Made by a program: the position numbers and the translations under genes. 64,000 bases of DNA from Laetmonice hystrix. Its lineage: Eukaryota. Numbering within the stretch: the first letter of the stretch is position 1; each line of letters begins with the position of its first letter. Under the pieces are notes generated by a model. It was not told the origin of the DNA. It searched no databases and was given only the letters and a program-made list of their open reading frames with translations. Location: positions 35,466,001 to 35,530,000 of the forward strand of contig OZ249440.1 of assembly GCA_965235115.1 (NCBI GenBank), read 5' to 3'. Below are positions 11,148 to 23,784 of this stretch, piece by piece.

Positions 11148-13282
11148 TCAAATTATGCTCATAAAAGAAACAATTTTTTGGGTGGTGAATTTTATTCATG
11201 CTTGCTTTGCTTCCGGGATTGTGCCTTTTCTAAGTATGAGTTCGTTCATATAAAAGGACATCAGTAGAACAGCAGCGAGAATTGGGCCGAATATTAGAAG
11301 CTAGGCCAAACCCTGTCGACACAACGGAAAGGACTGAGGTTACCCCGACGTAAACATCCAGCCTCGACGCGTTTATGACCGGCTCATCATTCCACAATTG
11401 TTATTTCACCTTGAATTTACACAGCAGTAAATAAAAACGCGAAAAAGAAAGTGATTATATTTGGCGAAATAAATTTCCTTGTGGAAATAAATGTTTTCAT
11501 TGACAAAGTACGAAATGATGTCTATATCCATTATTTGCCATAGGAATATTCTCGACAAGAAGTTGATGCCTACAGAAGCACTAATAATGCTAAAGCCTTT
11601 AATACAAGCCTAAATAAATCTAATGTCCACGTTAAACTTGTTATGTATAGGTGATGTATGCTTTTGCCATATTTAAAATATGACACATCGAGATAATATA
11701 GGCCTAACGAGAATTTCGAGGCTTTTTCTCGTGGGAGAGAAAAAAACGCGAGAAAAAAATACGAGACAAAGTCAAATTAAATTAAAGTCATGAAAAGTTA
11801 AATATCCTGAAAGTTATATGTGTTTGGCTATATGGTATTATATTATAGCCTTAATTTAAGATCCAGAATGAACCACATATCACCAAAATAAACTTTAATT
11901 CTTTACACTTTTTTCGGAAAAAAGGGTTTGGGGACATTTCTTTATAAAATCACGAGACGAAGTCGAGGGTTTTTTTGAGTGAGCAAAAAAAAACACGAGG
12001 AAAAAAACAGACGCAGTCGAGGTTTTTTTTTCAAGAGAAAAAAAAATAGGAGGGGTGCTATGAATAAAACCCTGAGCTAGGCTAAGTAGAGTATCTCGCG
12101 ATACTCTGTGTATATTGGAGAATACAATGATCACCACCGCCAGCCGTCGTTGAGTTGTCTTCACTGGGGTACATGCCACGGTAAGCCTCCCCCCGTCTCC
12201 CTCCTACCTCCGACTGCCGCCTCGCCAGGGTGGGTCCACAACAATTTGTCAGATCAATCATAGGCTAAAAAGTGTTTAAAGCAGATGAATAGTTGCAATC
12301 AATTCAAGACCTATACTAGCGATGCCAAGATCCACCAGGTGGCGCACGCAACCACTCTGAGCCATGGTGGCTGAAACATGACCTGGGCCTCACACAGGTC
12401 GGATTACGGGCCCTGACATAATAAATCCAACCTTAGGTCAGATCAAAAATGAGGTGGGACGATAGGCAAAATACCACGCGACCTGAATATCCACGTGTGT
12501 CGGCTGTGAGCTGGGTTTCAAGGAATGAAATTCACCAGTTTTGTTTTTAAACCAGTGAGAACGTCAAGCTTCAAGAATATTCACTTAATATTTTATGTTA
12601 GAAATGCTGTTTAAACATTGTAGAATTGAATGATGTACATGTGTATATTTTGTTTGAAAAATCAAAGGTACAGTAGTAGAAAACGGTCTTTGAAGATGGG
12701 CCTGTCTCAGTGTCTGTACAGGATACTGGACCCAATATGGCCGCCATGACTCACCAGGTCCAGGGGTTCACAGTGGTTCAGACTGTAATGTAACACATTA
12801 TAGGCACTTTTAACAGGTAGGCCTAGGCCTAATGATTTGGTTCAGCACTCCATGTAGGCAAATATTATAGTCTTACATTTGAAAATAATTTGTTCAGACA
12901 CTTCTTATTGACTCAGGTCAGTTTTTCACATTTTCAGCAAATTCTACCTCTCAGGTAACCTTCCCCCCCCCCTACATTCAAAGTGCTGCTGTGAATTGAG
13001 TTTTCAAGATAAAAAGAAAATGCGAAGTTTTGCAATCGCAACACACAGAGGAATCCAACGATGTAGACCTATAGAACATGAATAAAGGCATTATGCTAAG
13101 AAATGGTGTGGCATAGAGCTACCTATTCTCGTTTCCGATAATCCGGGCATTTCTAGGTGGCGCTGCTATCTTCTCTGGCCAGAGCCGGTGAATACAAAAG
13201 CCTAGCAACGCAACGGAACTAAATATAGGTGTTACTGGCTTGGGTTTGGTCATCACACTGTCCTATAATTAAACTGTCACAA

Positions 13283-14115
13283 CGCTAAGGAAGTCTCAGA
13301 CCCAAGGTCAGTTGCTAGGCAACGGGCTGGTGTTATGGAATAATTGATGTTACCATGTTAACCCATGATGTGACTTTAGTGTGGGTAGGTGTGTTTCTTT
13401 TTCTCCTTGGGACCATATGAGGCCAGTTGCTAAGCATGTTACTGTTGCTAGGCAACGGGCTGCTGTTATGGAATGACTAATGTTACCAGGTTAACCGGTG
13501 ATACGACGTTAGTGTGGGTAGGTATGTTTCTTTTTCTCCTTGCAGCCATATGAAGCCAAGCAAAGCTGATACCAAGTCGCGTAGTTATGTCATTTTCCTA
13601 ACTGGTGCCCAGCTTCATATAAGGAGAATTCCTGATGCCTCTCTATATGAAGAAAACCCCCCAACTGAGTCATTCAAGCTCCGTTGCTAGGCAACTGTAA
13701 GACTACACATGTATGTAAATGAACAGTAAGACACTAGAGATCGTCTTGTTATGATTTCTCTACTGAAAGCTACATTTATCAGGATGTGGTAGCCCGTTGC
13801 TAAGGAGGTCTCACACCCAAGATCTGTTGCTAGGCAACGGGCTGGTATTATGGAATAATTGATGTTACCATGTTAACCCATGATATGACTTTAGTGTGGG
13901 TAGGTGTGTTTCTTTATCTCCTTGGAACCATATGAGGCCAGTTGCTAAGCATATTACTGTTGCTAGGCAACAAAACACTAAAACAGGCCTCACAGGCAGG
14001 ATCCAGGATGCCTCCTTATCTTAAATTAAAGAGTATGGTCCTAGGTTACTCTGTGAAAATTCTCATGCTTTTATCACAAAATGCACAATTGGGTTGACTA
14101 TCCGCCCCACTATAA
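13283..14115 (+). repeat. Non-autonomous repeat with internal tandem subunits containing GTTGCTAGGCAAC
   Basis: About 170-bp block at 13284-13455 repeated at 13799-13971, with a partial copy at 13444-13560; ends CATGCTTTTATCACAAAATGCACAATT..CCCCACTATAA; class uncertain. Confidence 0.6.
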
Positions 14116-16912
14116 TAGTAGGCTTATAGGCAGGCAAGGCATCGGGCATCGATGCAGCAGGCCTTCACTGACACTGGTGAGCCCATCGGTCCACCGCACA
14201 TACCGGGCCCGCTCCACTGCCACTGGGCCGTCCGGGGAGCGAATGCGGCCACCGTACCTCTACCACTTTGTAGTTTAAAGCCAAATGCAACAATCCAGCT
14301 ACCTTATACCTTCCCATATGCCTTATACAATAAAGAATAACATCAGCAATAAATGCAGGTCAATATGTTTTACATAAACGAGAATGCCAACCTTAAACTA
14401 CGAGTACCGTACCTCTAGCCGAGAAATGAACTCGGCGCCATTTTACATCACATTATCACATGGGAGATTGATTCAGCCAATCAAAAACAGTCAGGTCACC
14501 CGGAAGTGTGACGTCGCCAGAGCCGCGAGTTTCGACCAGCTGTCAGATCGGGTGAGGATACAAGGTAGTCAGAGAGTCTAGACTGAGAGCTGCGAGTAAG
14601 ATTATCCGTGTCATAGTACTAGGAGACCGATCAGCAGGTCTAACCACACCACCGACTTGGTGCCGATCCTTCGTGAAGATATGCCTGGGTGTGCTAGCTG
14701 AATGGTAGCCCGACGCTTTGACAGTGGCAGTGCACGCCATGTCCCCGGCCGTAGACTGCCGTAGTCTGCCACTACTGTCAGACTCCATCCATGACCCAAC
14801 CAGTGTACATTTCATTCTCTAGTTGACAATTCTCCGTATAAATAATAGCTTTCAGCCACCATTTCATGCGTTGGAGGGTATTGCGACGAATTTCTGTTCG
14901 TTTAAGCGCCCGGTAAGAGACTTTTCACTACGTTGTCGATCGACCAAATTGGCATGTCTGGCCCCGTCCAACCACCAGTGCACGCCCGCCGGGAGCAAGG
15001 GAGTGCTGCCTGTTGTTGCCTTGAGACTCTTGACCACCTGACTCGGGTGTCGGGTGAGGCATGGAGCCTGGGACAGGGCACGCATGGGACATGAAGTCAT
15101 GTAATCGACATGGGCCGAGATAACCATGGTTCGAGTTCACCAGTAACCATTATTGTACATAGTGTCCGTGAAGATGGTTGACCAACACAGTGATGGGGGA
15201 ATGGGGTAGGCTCTAGGGACGCCATTTTTTAAGGTCTCACGGCAGTGAATTTCGGCAAGATGGACGCCGTGAGCAAACGGGCAACTGTCAGTTTCTATCG
15301 GGGATTACTTTTAACACACAGACTTTGTGGGAATTAGATGGTGGCAGGTAAAAGGCACTATACCATGGTTATCCATGGGCCCTATTGCTAGTGGCGGTTT
15401 CGGATCGCTTTAACTTTGTTTAAGTTAATCTCGTTCATCTGTTTCTAGGCTACATTCATTAGTATACTGTCACTGTGCAGGACACAGCTAGTGGTACGAA
15501 ATGACTAGTGGTAGTACGAAATGACTTGGGTTGTCGTACCGTAACTATCTGGTATGAAACAACCTAGGACGAAATGCCGAAACAACTAGAAACCCTCCCG
15601 ATAACCGCCTGCATCCACAACGGGTGCGACATCCATACCGTCACAGGGAGCGGGCGCAGCGTTCTCAAAACATCGTAGTGCAGCCAGCCACGCATGGCGC
15701 ACTGCACGGTACACCCGCCAACACCACGTGGTTATCCTCACACACAGCAGCCCCAAACATGTTGACATTCGTGTAAATGTATGCAACGGCGGACAGGCTT
15801 GACCGTACAGTATAATAAAACGTTAGCTAATTGTCTGTTTGCAGCTTTTGTCAACCTCACTTGACTTCGAAGCGACAAGTTTGGTTTGTTTTGATTCTCT
15901 AATATCGCCCAATGCCATGGGGCTTCGTGCATCCGACCGCTGCCGACGGCCACTGTAAATTAAAATCTCTGATGAGTTTGACAATAACACTGTCAATGGC
16001 CTACCTGCTCGAGAAGATGGCGAATAAGGTTTTCGTGGGTGAGCCTCGCCTGGGCCCCTTGCTCAACGTATACATGTTCGCGGAATGAGTTTCTCGCACA
16101 ATCGAAAACTTTTGGGATTCATGCTGCTCGCTCCCGCTCACCTAAAGCCGGAAGTCTGGCCAGGGGGATTCCCTCTAGGGTTGTGGTAAAATCCGAATTC
16201 TAGCTAGCAGAACTTCCGTTCCGGTTCATGACACGAGGTGGGCTGTAGCGTGTAGAGGCCGGGGATCCGGGTTGGTGGGGGTGGTGGTGGTGGTGGTGGG
16301 GGGGGGGGGGGCTAATTGGTCCTAAGGCTAAGCACTATTCTTGAGGGTTTTATACAGATAAACCTAATACATTGTTCTAAAGAGCAAATCTTGGTTTCTA
16401 ACAGTTGTTTAACAGCCTATTATTAGCCCAGGTTGTAGGCTATCGATAGGCCTATAGGCCAGGATCTAGGACTATGTTGTTTCTTACCATAGCCTATGGC
16501 ATAGCCTAGACCAATTAGCCATAGACCTCTACATGATAGGCCCACAATTAATAGAAATTAATTGAGTTAGTGATGACGGAGCATCTTTACCTAAATACAC
16601 TAGGCCTTAATTAATATTAAATATTAACTGTTTATTATTAAAATATAAAATAATTTGTTACCCCCGGTTCCCAATTTCCTTGTAAGATTCAAGCTCTAAA
16701 GTAGGCCTACTCAGTACAAAAGTAAGCTAAAAGTGTTTTTTTATGATTTATGTGAAACGGCCATTATTGTATGGATATCTGATCGATAAACTCTAGGGAG
16801 GGGGGCTATTAAGAAAAAAAAACTCATGAGGCGACTGTCGTCCTGGTTCCTCTCATTAGTACGAGTATGACGTTATAATATAGGACGACGAAATACTAAT
16901 CTGTGGCAGGAT

Positions 16913-17226
16913 CATTCGGGAATCCTCGGCCATATCTTCGAAAGTAGCCTCGGGTGAAATAGGTGCCATTTTGAGCATTGCATCGCGGGTACATTTAGCC
17001 GGGACTCCCGACAGCATGGCAGTGCTTGCAGTATTCTGTCTGCATTAGGCATGGAAGCAACTAAAATCGGCCTACAATGCTTTCCCAATATTACAATAGT
17101 ATCATGTCATGATACAACTTAAATTACAACATGATTACAAGTAGTCCTACCATGTGTCGGGCCTTTTCATTTTCTTCTTCAAACGTTCCCCTTCATACCG
17201 TCATATGGCCGAGGGAGTCCCGAATG
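16913..17226. mobile_element. MITE, copy 1 (internally deleted), 9-bp TSD
   Basis: TIRs CATTCGGGAATCCTCGGCCATAT / ATATGGCCGAGGGAGTCCCGAATG; TSD TGGCAGGAT at 16904-16912 and 17227-17235. Confidence 0.85.
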
Positions 17227-17929
17227 TGGCAGGATGCAGTGGCGTAGGAAGGCCATGGAAAGCGGGGGGGGGGGGATGAGTGACGATCGACCAGGGATGT
17301 AGGAACAGGGGGGGCACAGGGGCCATGACCCCCCCCCCCCACCAAAGAAAGTGGGGGGGCCAAAGTATGTTTTGGCCCCCCACTAATTTAAAATGATCAT
17401 ACAAATATCCCCAGGTTTGGCATCTATGGAACTTCTTTTTCTGGCAGAGTGGAAAAGTTGCAAAGTTCTATAAGGTCACCATTCTGTGCACCAGATGTCC
17501 AAGATGCTCTCCTTTACAGCCGAAATCTTTGCACATCGGGGGTTCACACTGAATTCTCCACAAGATGGTGTGGGCCGTAGCTAGCGGGAGCGGTAGGGGA
17601 CAGCGTATAGAATTTGGCCCTGTAATTTCCAGACCCCCCCCCCCCCTCATTCCTTCGCGCCTTCGGTGATGCCAGATGCCAGGAAAATCCGCACTATAAT
17701 TTCCATTTTTTTCTGGGGGAGGGCCGCCAGACTCACCCCACTCAGAAATTTCTAGCTACGGCCCACCTCACCATTCCAAGTTGGCCCCTCCACCAAAAAT
17801 TTGCTTCCTACATCCCTGTCGAAGGCGTGAAGCATAGCTGGTTTAAATTTTGAAATTTCAGGTTATTTTGTGGGCCTATAGGCTGGTGCATTTTAGAATA
17901 GAAAATAAGGTATCCTATGCCAGGAACGC

Positions 17930-18107
17930 TAAAGCTGTATCCTCACTGGACGCCTGCGACGCGAGCGACGTGCGCGTTTTTTTAAAGAAGTAATGGAACT
18001 GAATGGAGCGCGCGGCCAGTGCAGATGGCTCCATTCATTTCTATTACTTCTTAAAAAAAACGCGCGCGTCGCTCGCGTCGCACGCGTCCAGTGAGGATAC
18101 AGCTTTA
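17930..18107. mobile_element. Palindromic PIF/Harbinger-type MITE
   Basis: Near-complete hairpin TAAAGCTGTATCCTCACTGGACGC...GCGTCCAGTGAGGATACAGCTTTA with TAA/TTA flanks. Confidence 0.8.
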
Positions 18108-18438
18108 CGTTTTCCAGAGTAAAAAGTTGGGGGGAGGGGCAAAAGATACATTTCAAAGTGGGGGCCATGCCCCCCTTCCTACGCCTCTGGAGCTAGGGCC
18201 GTATCCTGCCAAGTGGCCCGGGGGGCGGGGGGGTTACAAAGTCTGCGACAGCCGAAGGGGTGAAGTGTTACTGGGGGGGGGGGGGGGATCCGGTGGCCTG
18301 CCCCCGCATAATGTTCAAAGTGGTTTAACTTTGGTTATTATAAAATAATCAGCACCCTTTGTCTATAATTTATTTTTAAGGCTGGACCTAAGACACCCTG
18401 TTAACCCCCCCCCCCCCCCCCCGATACGCCCTGGGCCT

Positions 18439-18895
18439 GGGCTGTCCATAAATGACATCATGCTTTTTTGGGCCATTTCCGACCTCCCCTCCCGCCATGT
18501 CATGCTTTGTCATGTTGTGCCAGACCCCCCCCCCCCCAAAAAAAAAAACCATGTGTCCAGTAACCCCCGCCCCCCTCTGAAGTACAGTCTGCAGCTAGAT
18601 ACATACAATAGTTATTCAGAATAGTAAGAATATGTGTTTAACATCACATTAGGCACTCAGAATGCCACCTGTAGATTGCTTTATTTTTAATATCTATTTT
18701 AATACTATAGATTTCCAAGACAGGAGATTAGTTTAATTATTTTTACTTTTAAAATAGAGACTTCAATACCAAGTGGCTTGAGGGCCACTAACCTAGAGTG
18801 CGCACGCGCCCCTCCCCCCTTGTCATACCTTGTCTAAGATCCCACCCCCCCCCCCCCGTCCCCCCTAGGCCATGACGTCATTTATGGACGGCCCC
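18439..18895. mobile_element. MITE, probably PIF/Harbinger-like
   Basis: TIRs GGGCTGTCCATAAATGACATCATG / CATGACGTCATTTATGGACGGCCC. Confidence 0.75.
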
Positions 18896-19015
18896 GAAGG
18901 ACGTTTCGTTATGCGGTGCACAAGTTGCGCGCGAATAAGAAAGTTGGTCAGCACTTAGGCAAAACCATGCAGTTCCAAGGAGCACTTTACGCGGGGATTA
19001 ATGCAGGCTTTCCAC

Positions 19016-19573
19016 CATTCGGGATTCCCTCGGCCATATCTTCGAAAGTAGCCTCGGGTGAAATAGTCGCCATTTTGATCATTGCATCGCGGGTACATTT
19101 AGCTGGGACTCTCGCCAGCATGGCAGTGCTTGCAGTATTTTGCCTGCATCAGGCATGAAAGCAACTAAAATAGGCCGCAAGTGTTTTCCCCATAGTCAGT
19201 GGAGTATCATGTTCATGATACAAGTAGTCGTACTATCTGTCGTGGTGCTGTCCTTCATGGGCGCGGATATATTGCTTCACATAATTTGATAAATTACCGC
19301 ATCACGCCCATTTAGGTAAATTAGGTAATTGATTTTTTCAGTTCAAACGTTCCCCTTCATACCACAAAATATATATTTCCACATACGATGCCAAGAAGCA
19401 GGTTTCAATAATGCACTACTTTCTGGCTCGATGGGATATGACGGTTCACTCAGTGCCTCGCTACACACCTCCATTTGGCCGTGTATCTGGTTGCCAAACA
19501 TGGCCGCTATTCCACCCGAGGGTATATTCGAATAGCAGGAAGTGACGTCATATGCCCGAGGGAGTCCCGAATG
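19016..19573. mobile_element. MITE, copy 2 of the CATTCGGGA family, 9-bp TSD
   Basis: Same TIRs and 5' body as 16913-17226; TSD GCTTTCCAC at 19007-19015 and 19574-19582. Confidence 0.87.
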
Positions 19574-19688
19574 GCTTTCCACCGGATGGGAGCGAGCGAT
19601 TTTTTTGGGTGCCCCTTTCGCCTTTTGGCAACACTATCATAAAAACCGAACCGTCTATCTATACAGCCTGTATATAGGCCTACATCTA

Positions 19689-20300
19689 GGGGAAGGTGGG
19701 GTAAAATGGCCACCTTAAGCTTCAGGGTGATTTTTACATAAGTTAATGCACTACGAAGAGGAGCTGACTATATGCAATTGAAACATGACCTTATCAGCAG
19801 CAACATAGATGAAGTGAACATGAATCCTACAAGCCATTTCCAGGAAAATCTGCCAAGAAATATTTTGCCAAAGTGGGCCATTTTGTCCAATGGGTTGTAC
19901 AAAATGGCCCACCTATATGGGGTAAAATTAATATTGCCCCACCTGCCAACTCACATGTTCTGTCAATGTCATACAAGAGGTACACATGAGAGAGTTGGAT
20001 TTATCCTATAAATTAGTTCACTAACTGACTTATCAATGGGTACAATCACTCCAGGCTGTCTTGATTACAAGTGATGACATCTGGTCTGCCATACTTAGGC
20101 CTATTAGGTCAGAGACGTCACTTTTTGACTTCTATCATCTGTCGGGCACTGGATGAACTGACGTCGTCTGCATGGCTTGTTCCAAGACGTACATCACATA
20201 GACTAACAGATATAGTCAACGCTAGATGGCAGCAGCTAACAGCTCAGATAATGGGGTGGGCCATTATGACCCGCATAGGCCATTTTACCCCACCTTCCCC
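19689..20300. mobile_element. Tc1/mariner-pogo-type MITE
   Basis: Perfect 23-bp TIRs GGGGAAGGTGGGGTAAAATGGCC / GGCCATTTTACCCCACCTTCCCC flanked by TA. Confidence 0.85.
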
Positions 20301-20340
20301 TATAGGCGGTTTTTATTACAGGACCAGGTTAAGCGAACCA

Positions 20341-22055
20341 CCAGGGGCCGGTTCCTCAGTCGCGCTAAGTATTACTTAGTCAAGATATCACCCAAATATG
20401 TTACTTAACCGTTCCTCAGTCGCGTTAAGATATGCCGAGCCTATCTTAACAATTACTTGCCTAAGTCAGGTGGGGAGGTTACTTAACGGTCACCGAATGC
20501 CGATCGTGCAGAGCTGACCGGCACAGTGAGCAAAGCGGTCGGTCAGTGGCTTGCATGTACCGAAATGGAGGACGAGGGCTTTCGAATTCGGCGATTTTTG
20601 ATGATCCTCGACAGACAACGCATACAACGAAGGTTGCCAGACCCCTCAAACCCACTGGAGGTATATAGAAGGGTTTCCATATTTTTAGGGAAAATTGTGT
20701 CCCAGTGGTCTGAAAGTATATATGGGTGCTAATCTATGTTTTTAAATATGTTAAGTATCCATGACAACTAACTTTGCAACATACTTTATTATACTATAAA
20801 TCATAAATGTATAGATTGAGGTATATTGAGGACAGGAAGCAACACAATGTCAGCTTATGAAGTCCTCAGTGGTGGGAAGGTATACAATACAGGGCCGGAT
20901 CCAGGATTGTTAGAAAGGGGGGGCGTAAGCCCCTGGAGAAGATTGCGAGCGCCGAAGGCGCAAAGCCCCATGGGGGGTTGGGGGACCTCCCCCAGAAAAA
21001 TTTGAAAATTCATGTTTGTCAGATGCATTTTCCCGGCATCTGAGAAAAGAACTGTTCCTTTTTTTTTCAGGGGGCAAAGTACTGGTAAAATTCCAGTCTC
21101 AAAAAATCATTACTCTGCCAAAAATAGGGGGCGTACGCCCCCCACGCCCCCCCCTTGGATCCGGCCCTGCAATAAACAGTTCTATTGGCAGTGCAACTAT
21201 GGATTGTAACTCCATAACACAAAAATGCTATGTCCCACTATGTATTATCTTTGTTTGAATTAGATATGATATTATTTTTCAGAAGTATTTAAAATATTAT
21301 AACCAGAAATTATTGTTTAGTGTCATACAGATGTAACATTACACACAGTAAAAATACAGAATAGGCCTATAGATCTATCTTGTAGAGAATTTAATTTGAA
21401 GAGCTGTCCCATTAATAATTGTCACTCCATGACAATTTGTTGTTTCACGCTGGTATAACATGTAGACAGAGGTAGAGTAGTACATAGATTTCCATTAATT
21501 AATTTTTTCACTAATATCCATAAAATACATAAAATACAAATTAGACATTAAAGTACTTAGCGTTCTCCCCAGTGACAGTGTGTCAACTCCATGACATCTC
21601 TTCTAATTAAAATGGCCTAATTAAGATATTTTCTGCTGATAAAAAATGTTTTAAAATGTTTCCATAGCAGACTAAAAAATATTCTAATATCATTGGGATC
21701 ATTTTTTAAAAATATCCAAGCAAAAATTCCCTAAAATTATAGAAACCCTAATAGCCTTGTCGCCATACTGTTCGACCGCTGTGGTTACCCGTCGAATGGC
21801 GCGGGAGACGTCAGCCAGTTCCTTTTATTGTTTCCCGTATGGGAGAGGTTCACTGTTGTGTGACGGAAAATACGAATCGCTGACGCGTGCATTCGGAAGG
21901 GTCCACTTTCTTGGCTTATCTAAGCTGGGCCGTGCCTAGCTGTGCGTGACTCTTTCGACGACTGAGGAACCCATTTTTGGGAATGGGCACTGCCCAGCTT
22001 ACTTGTTACTATGCCAAGTCGTACTTAGGCGCGCGACTGAGGAACCGGCCCCTGG
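20341..22055 (+). mobile_element. Non-autonomous PIF/Harbinger-type element with nested insertions
   Basis: TIRs CCAGGGGCCGGTTCCTCAGTCGCGC / GCGCGACTGAGGAACCGGCCCCTGG; subterminal TTCCTCAGTCG repeats; short ORF remnant RRLPDPSNPLEVY that resembles a Harbinger transposase N-terminus. Confidence 0.75.
20890..21169. mobile_element. hAT-like MITE with 5-bp TSD
   Basis: TIRs CAGGGCCGGATCCA / TGGATCCGGCCCTG; TSD CAATA at 20885-20889 and 21170-21174. Confidence 0.8.
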
Positions 22056-23132
22056 TATTTTTCCCCTTGACAAAATATTTGAGGTCAGTCTTGACCAGCT
22101 TCATCCAAGAATAGGCCTACGCCTAAGTACACAAGTAGAACTTTCAACTTGTAATAGGTCATCTTGGCAACTATTCAGTGTTACTGAGTAATTTGTGATT
22201 CGTAAATACAGGCTTAGAAAATGTGCCTTGGCAAAAAAACCACGAAAATGGTGACCTGCCGCGAATGACGGGCGTTATGTCATTAGCCATTCACTGCTGC
22301 CACCTAGCGATAGTCACTAGAATCATCGTTGGTAGTTTCCTTTCCAACCAGAAAAGCGCACAGCGGCAGTGCTGGTGCTCGACAAAATTGTGCAGGGGCG
22401 GGAAAGTTTCACTGGTTCGCTTTTTCTGATGGTTCGGTTTACCTGAAACGACCTAATGCATATTTTTTTGGAAAGAGAGGGAGGGGGAATGGCCGAGAGT
22501 GGGGGGGGGGGGGGGGCAGTAGCGTACCGGGGGGGGGGGGGTGCTTGGGGTGCTCAAGCACCCCCCTCAATTTGCCTCTTTTTTGGGGGGGTTGGGGGGT
22601 GGGGGTTGGGGGGGGGGTGCGCTTGTTGCCAATGTGCAGGGCCTACGACGTTGGTTATTTCCAGCACCCCCCCCCCCCCCGGGTCCAGTTTCTGGGTACG
22701 CCACTGGCGTGGGGGTGGGGGGGGGGGTCATGATCCTCAAACCCCCTATATCAGGACTAGGAGGCCATTCAGAGGCGGCTGAAGTAGGTTACCCCCGCCC
22801 CTTGGGCACCCCTCAGACCTCCCCCCCCCCCCATCCGCCCTTTACTACAGGCGTAGTTAAGACTTTTATTAGGCCTAATTCCTAACAATCCGGCATGTAA
22901 GTCTAAAAACAGCACCGGAGATTTTCACAAATATTAACATAATAATTAGGCCTAATATTAAATATGACAATACTGTCTATTAGGAGAGCGTCGAGCGGTA
23001 GCCTAATTCTATATTTTGATATGATCCCGGGCATATGGCAATGCAGCACAAAAAGACGGGCAACTCTATAACCACGGGGAGCGGCATGCCTCACCGACGG
23101 GGCCGTCTCAGCTTAGGGGCTACCAATAATTC

Positions 23133-23403
23133 CAGTGGCGGATCCAGGATTTCAGAAAAAAGGGGGCCCAACTTTTTTTGGATAATCAGTGGCTTATTTT
23201 GGGGTGTCTTGGGGTCCTCCCCCAGAATTTCCGGAAACATGTTTTCTGAACATCAGTGTAGAGTAGAAATTTCTCCCAAATTCTTAAACGAAATTCCATT
23301 ATTTTTAAGCATGAAACATAGAAAATAGGCAAGATTTTGGAAAATAGGGGGTTGGGGCTGGCCGGGTGCCCCCCCCCCCCCCCCCCCGCCCGATCCGCCA
23401 CTG
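23133..23403. mobile_element. hAT-like MITE with 5-bp TSD
   Basis: TIRs CAGTGGCGGATC / GATCCGCCACTG; TSD AATTC at 23128-23132 and 23404-23408. Confidence 0.8.
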
Positions 23404-23784
23404 AATTCATATATTGTGCCCGTTGTTGATCGATATCTTTCTCGAGAACTTTCAGCAGTTAACATCTCTAAAGGCTTAGGCCTATAGTGATCAGACAGTG
23501 CTCTCCTCACTCGTAATGCAAAGCAGTGCCTGATCCAATATACGGAAATCATCCATGACGAGCTGATATTTTCTCACATAGAGTTAGGCTGGCACTTACT
23601 CCACCTCTAGAGGTGGTCTAACTTCCCACATAACAGACCTCGGAACGCAATGGAGCGTTGAGCTGCCGCACAAAGACAGGCCAGCGCGTAACTGGTGTCC
23701 TAGGAACCGGATCCGGATGAGTAGGCTATAGACGATTGCGATGGCTGAGAGCAAGAATATTAGCACTTAGCAATATGTGAATAG

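Noticed and set aside
14543..15140. Possible highly decayed RT fragment on the minus strand
   Set aside because: No diagnostic motif (PQG, YADD) is recognisable; resemblance is too weak
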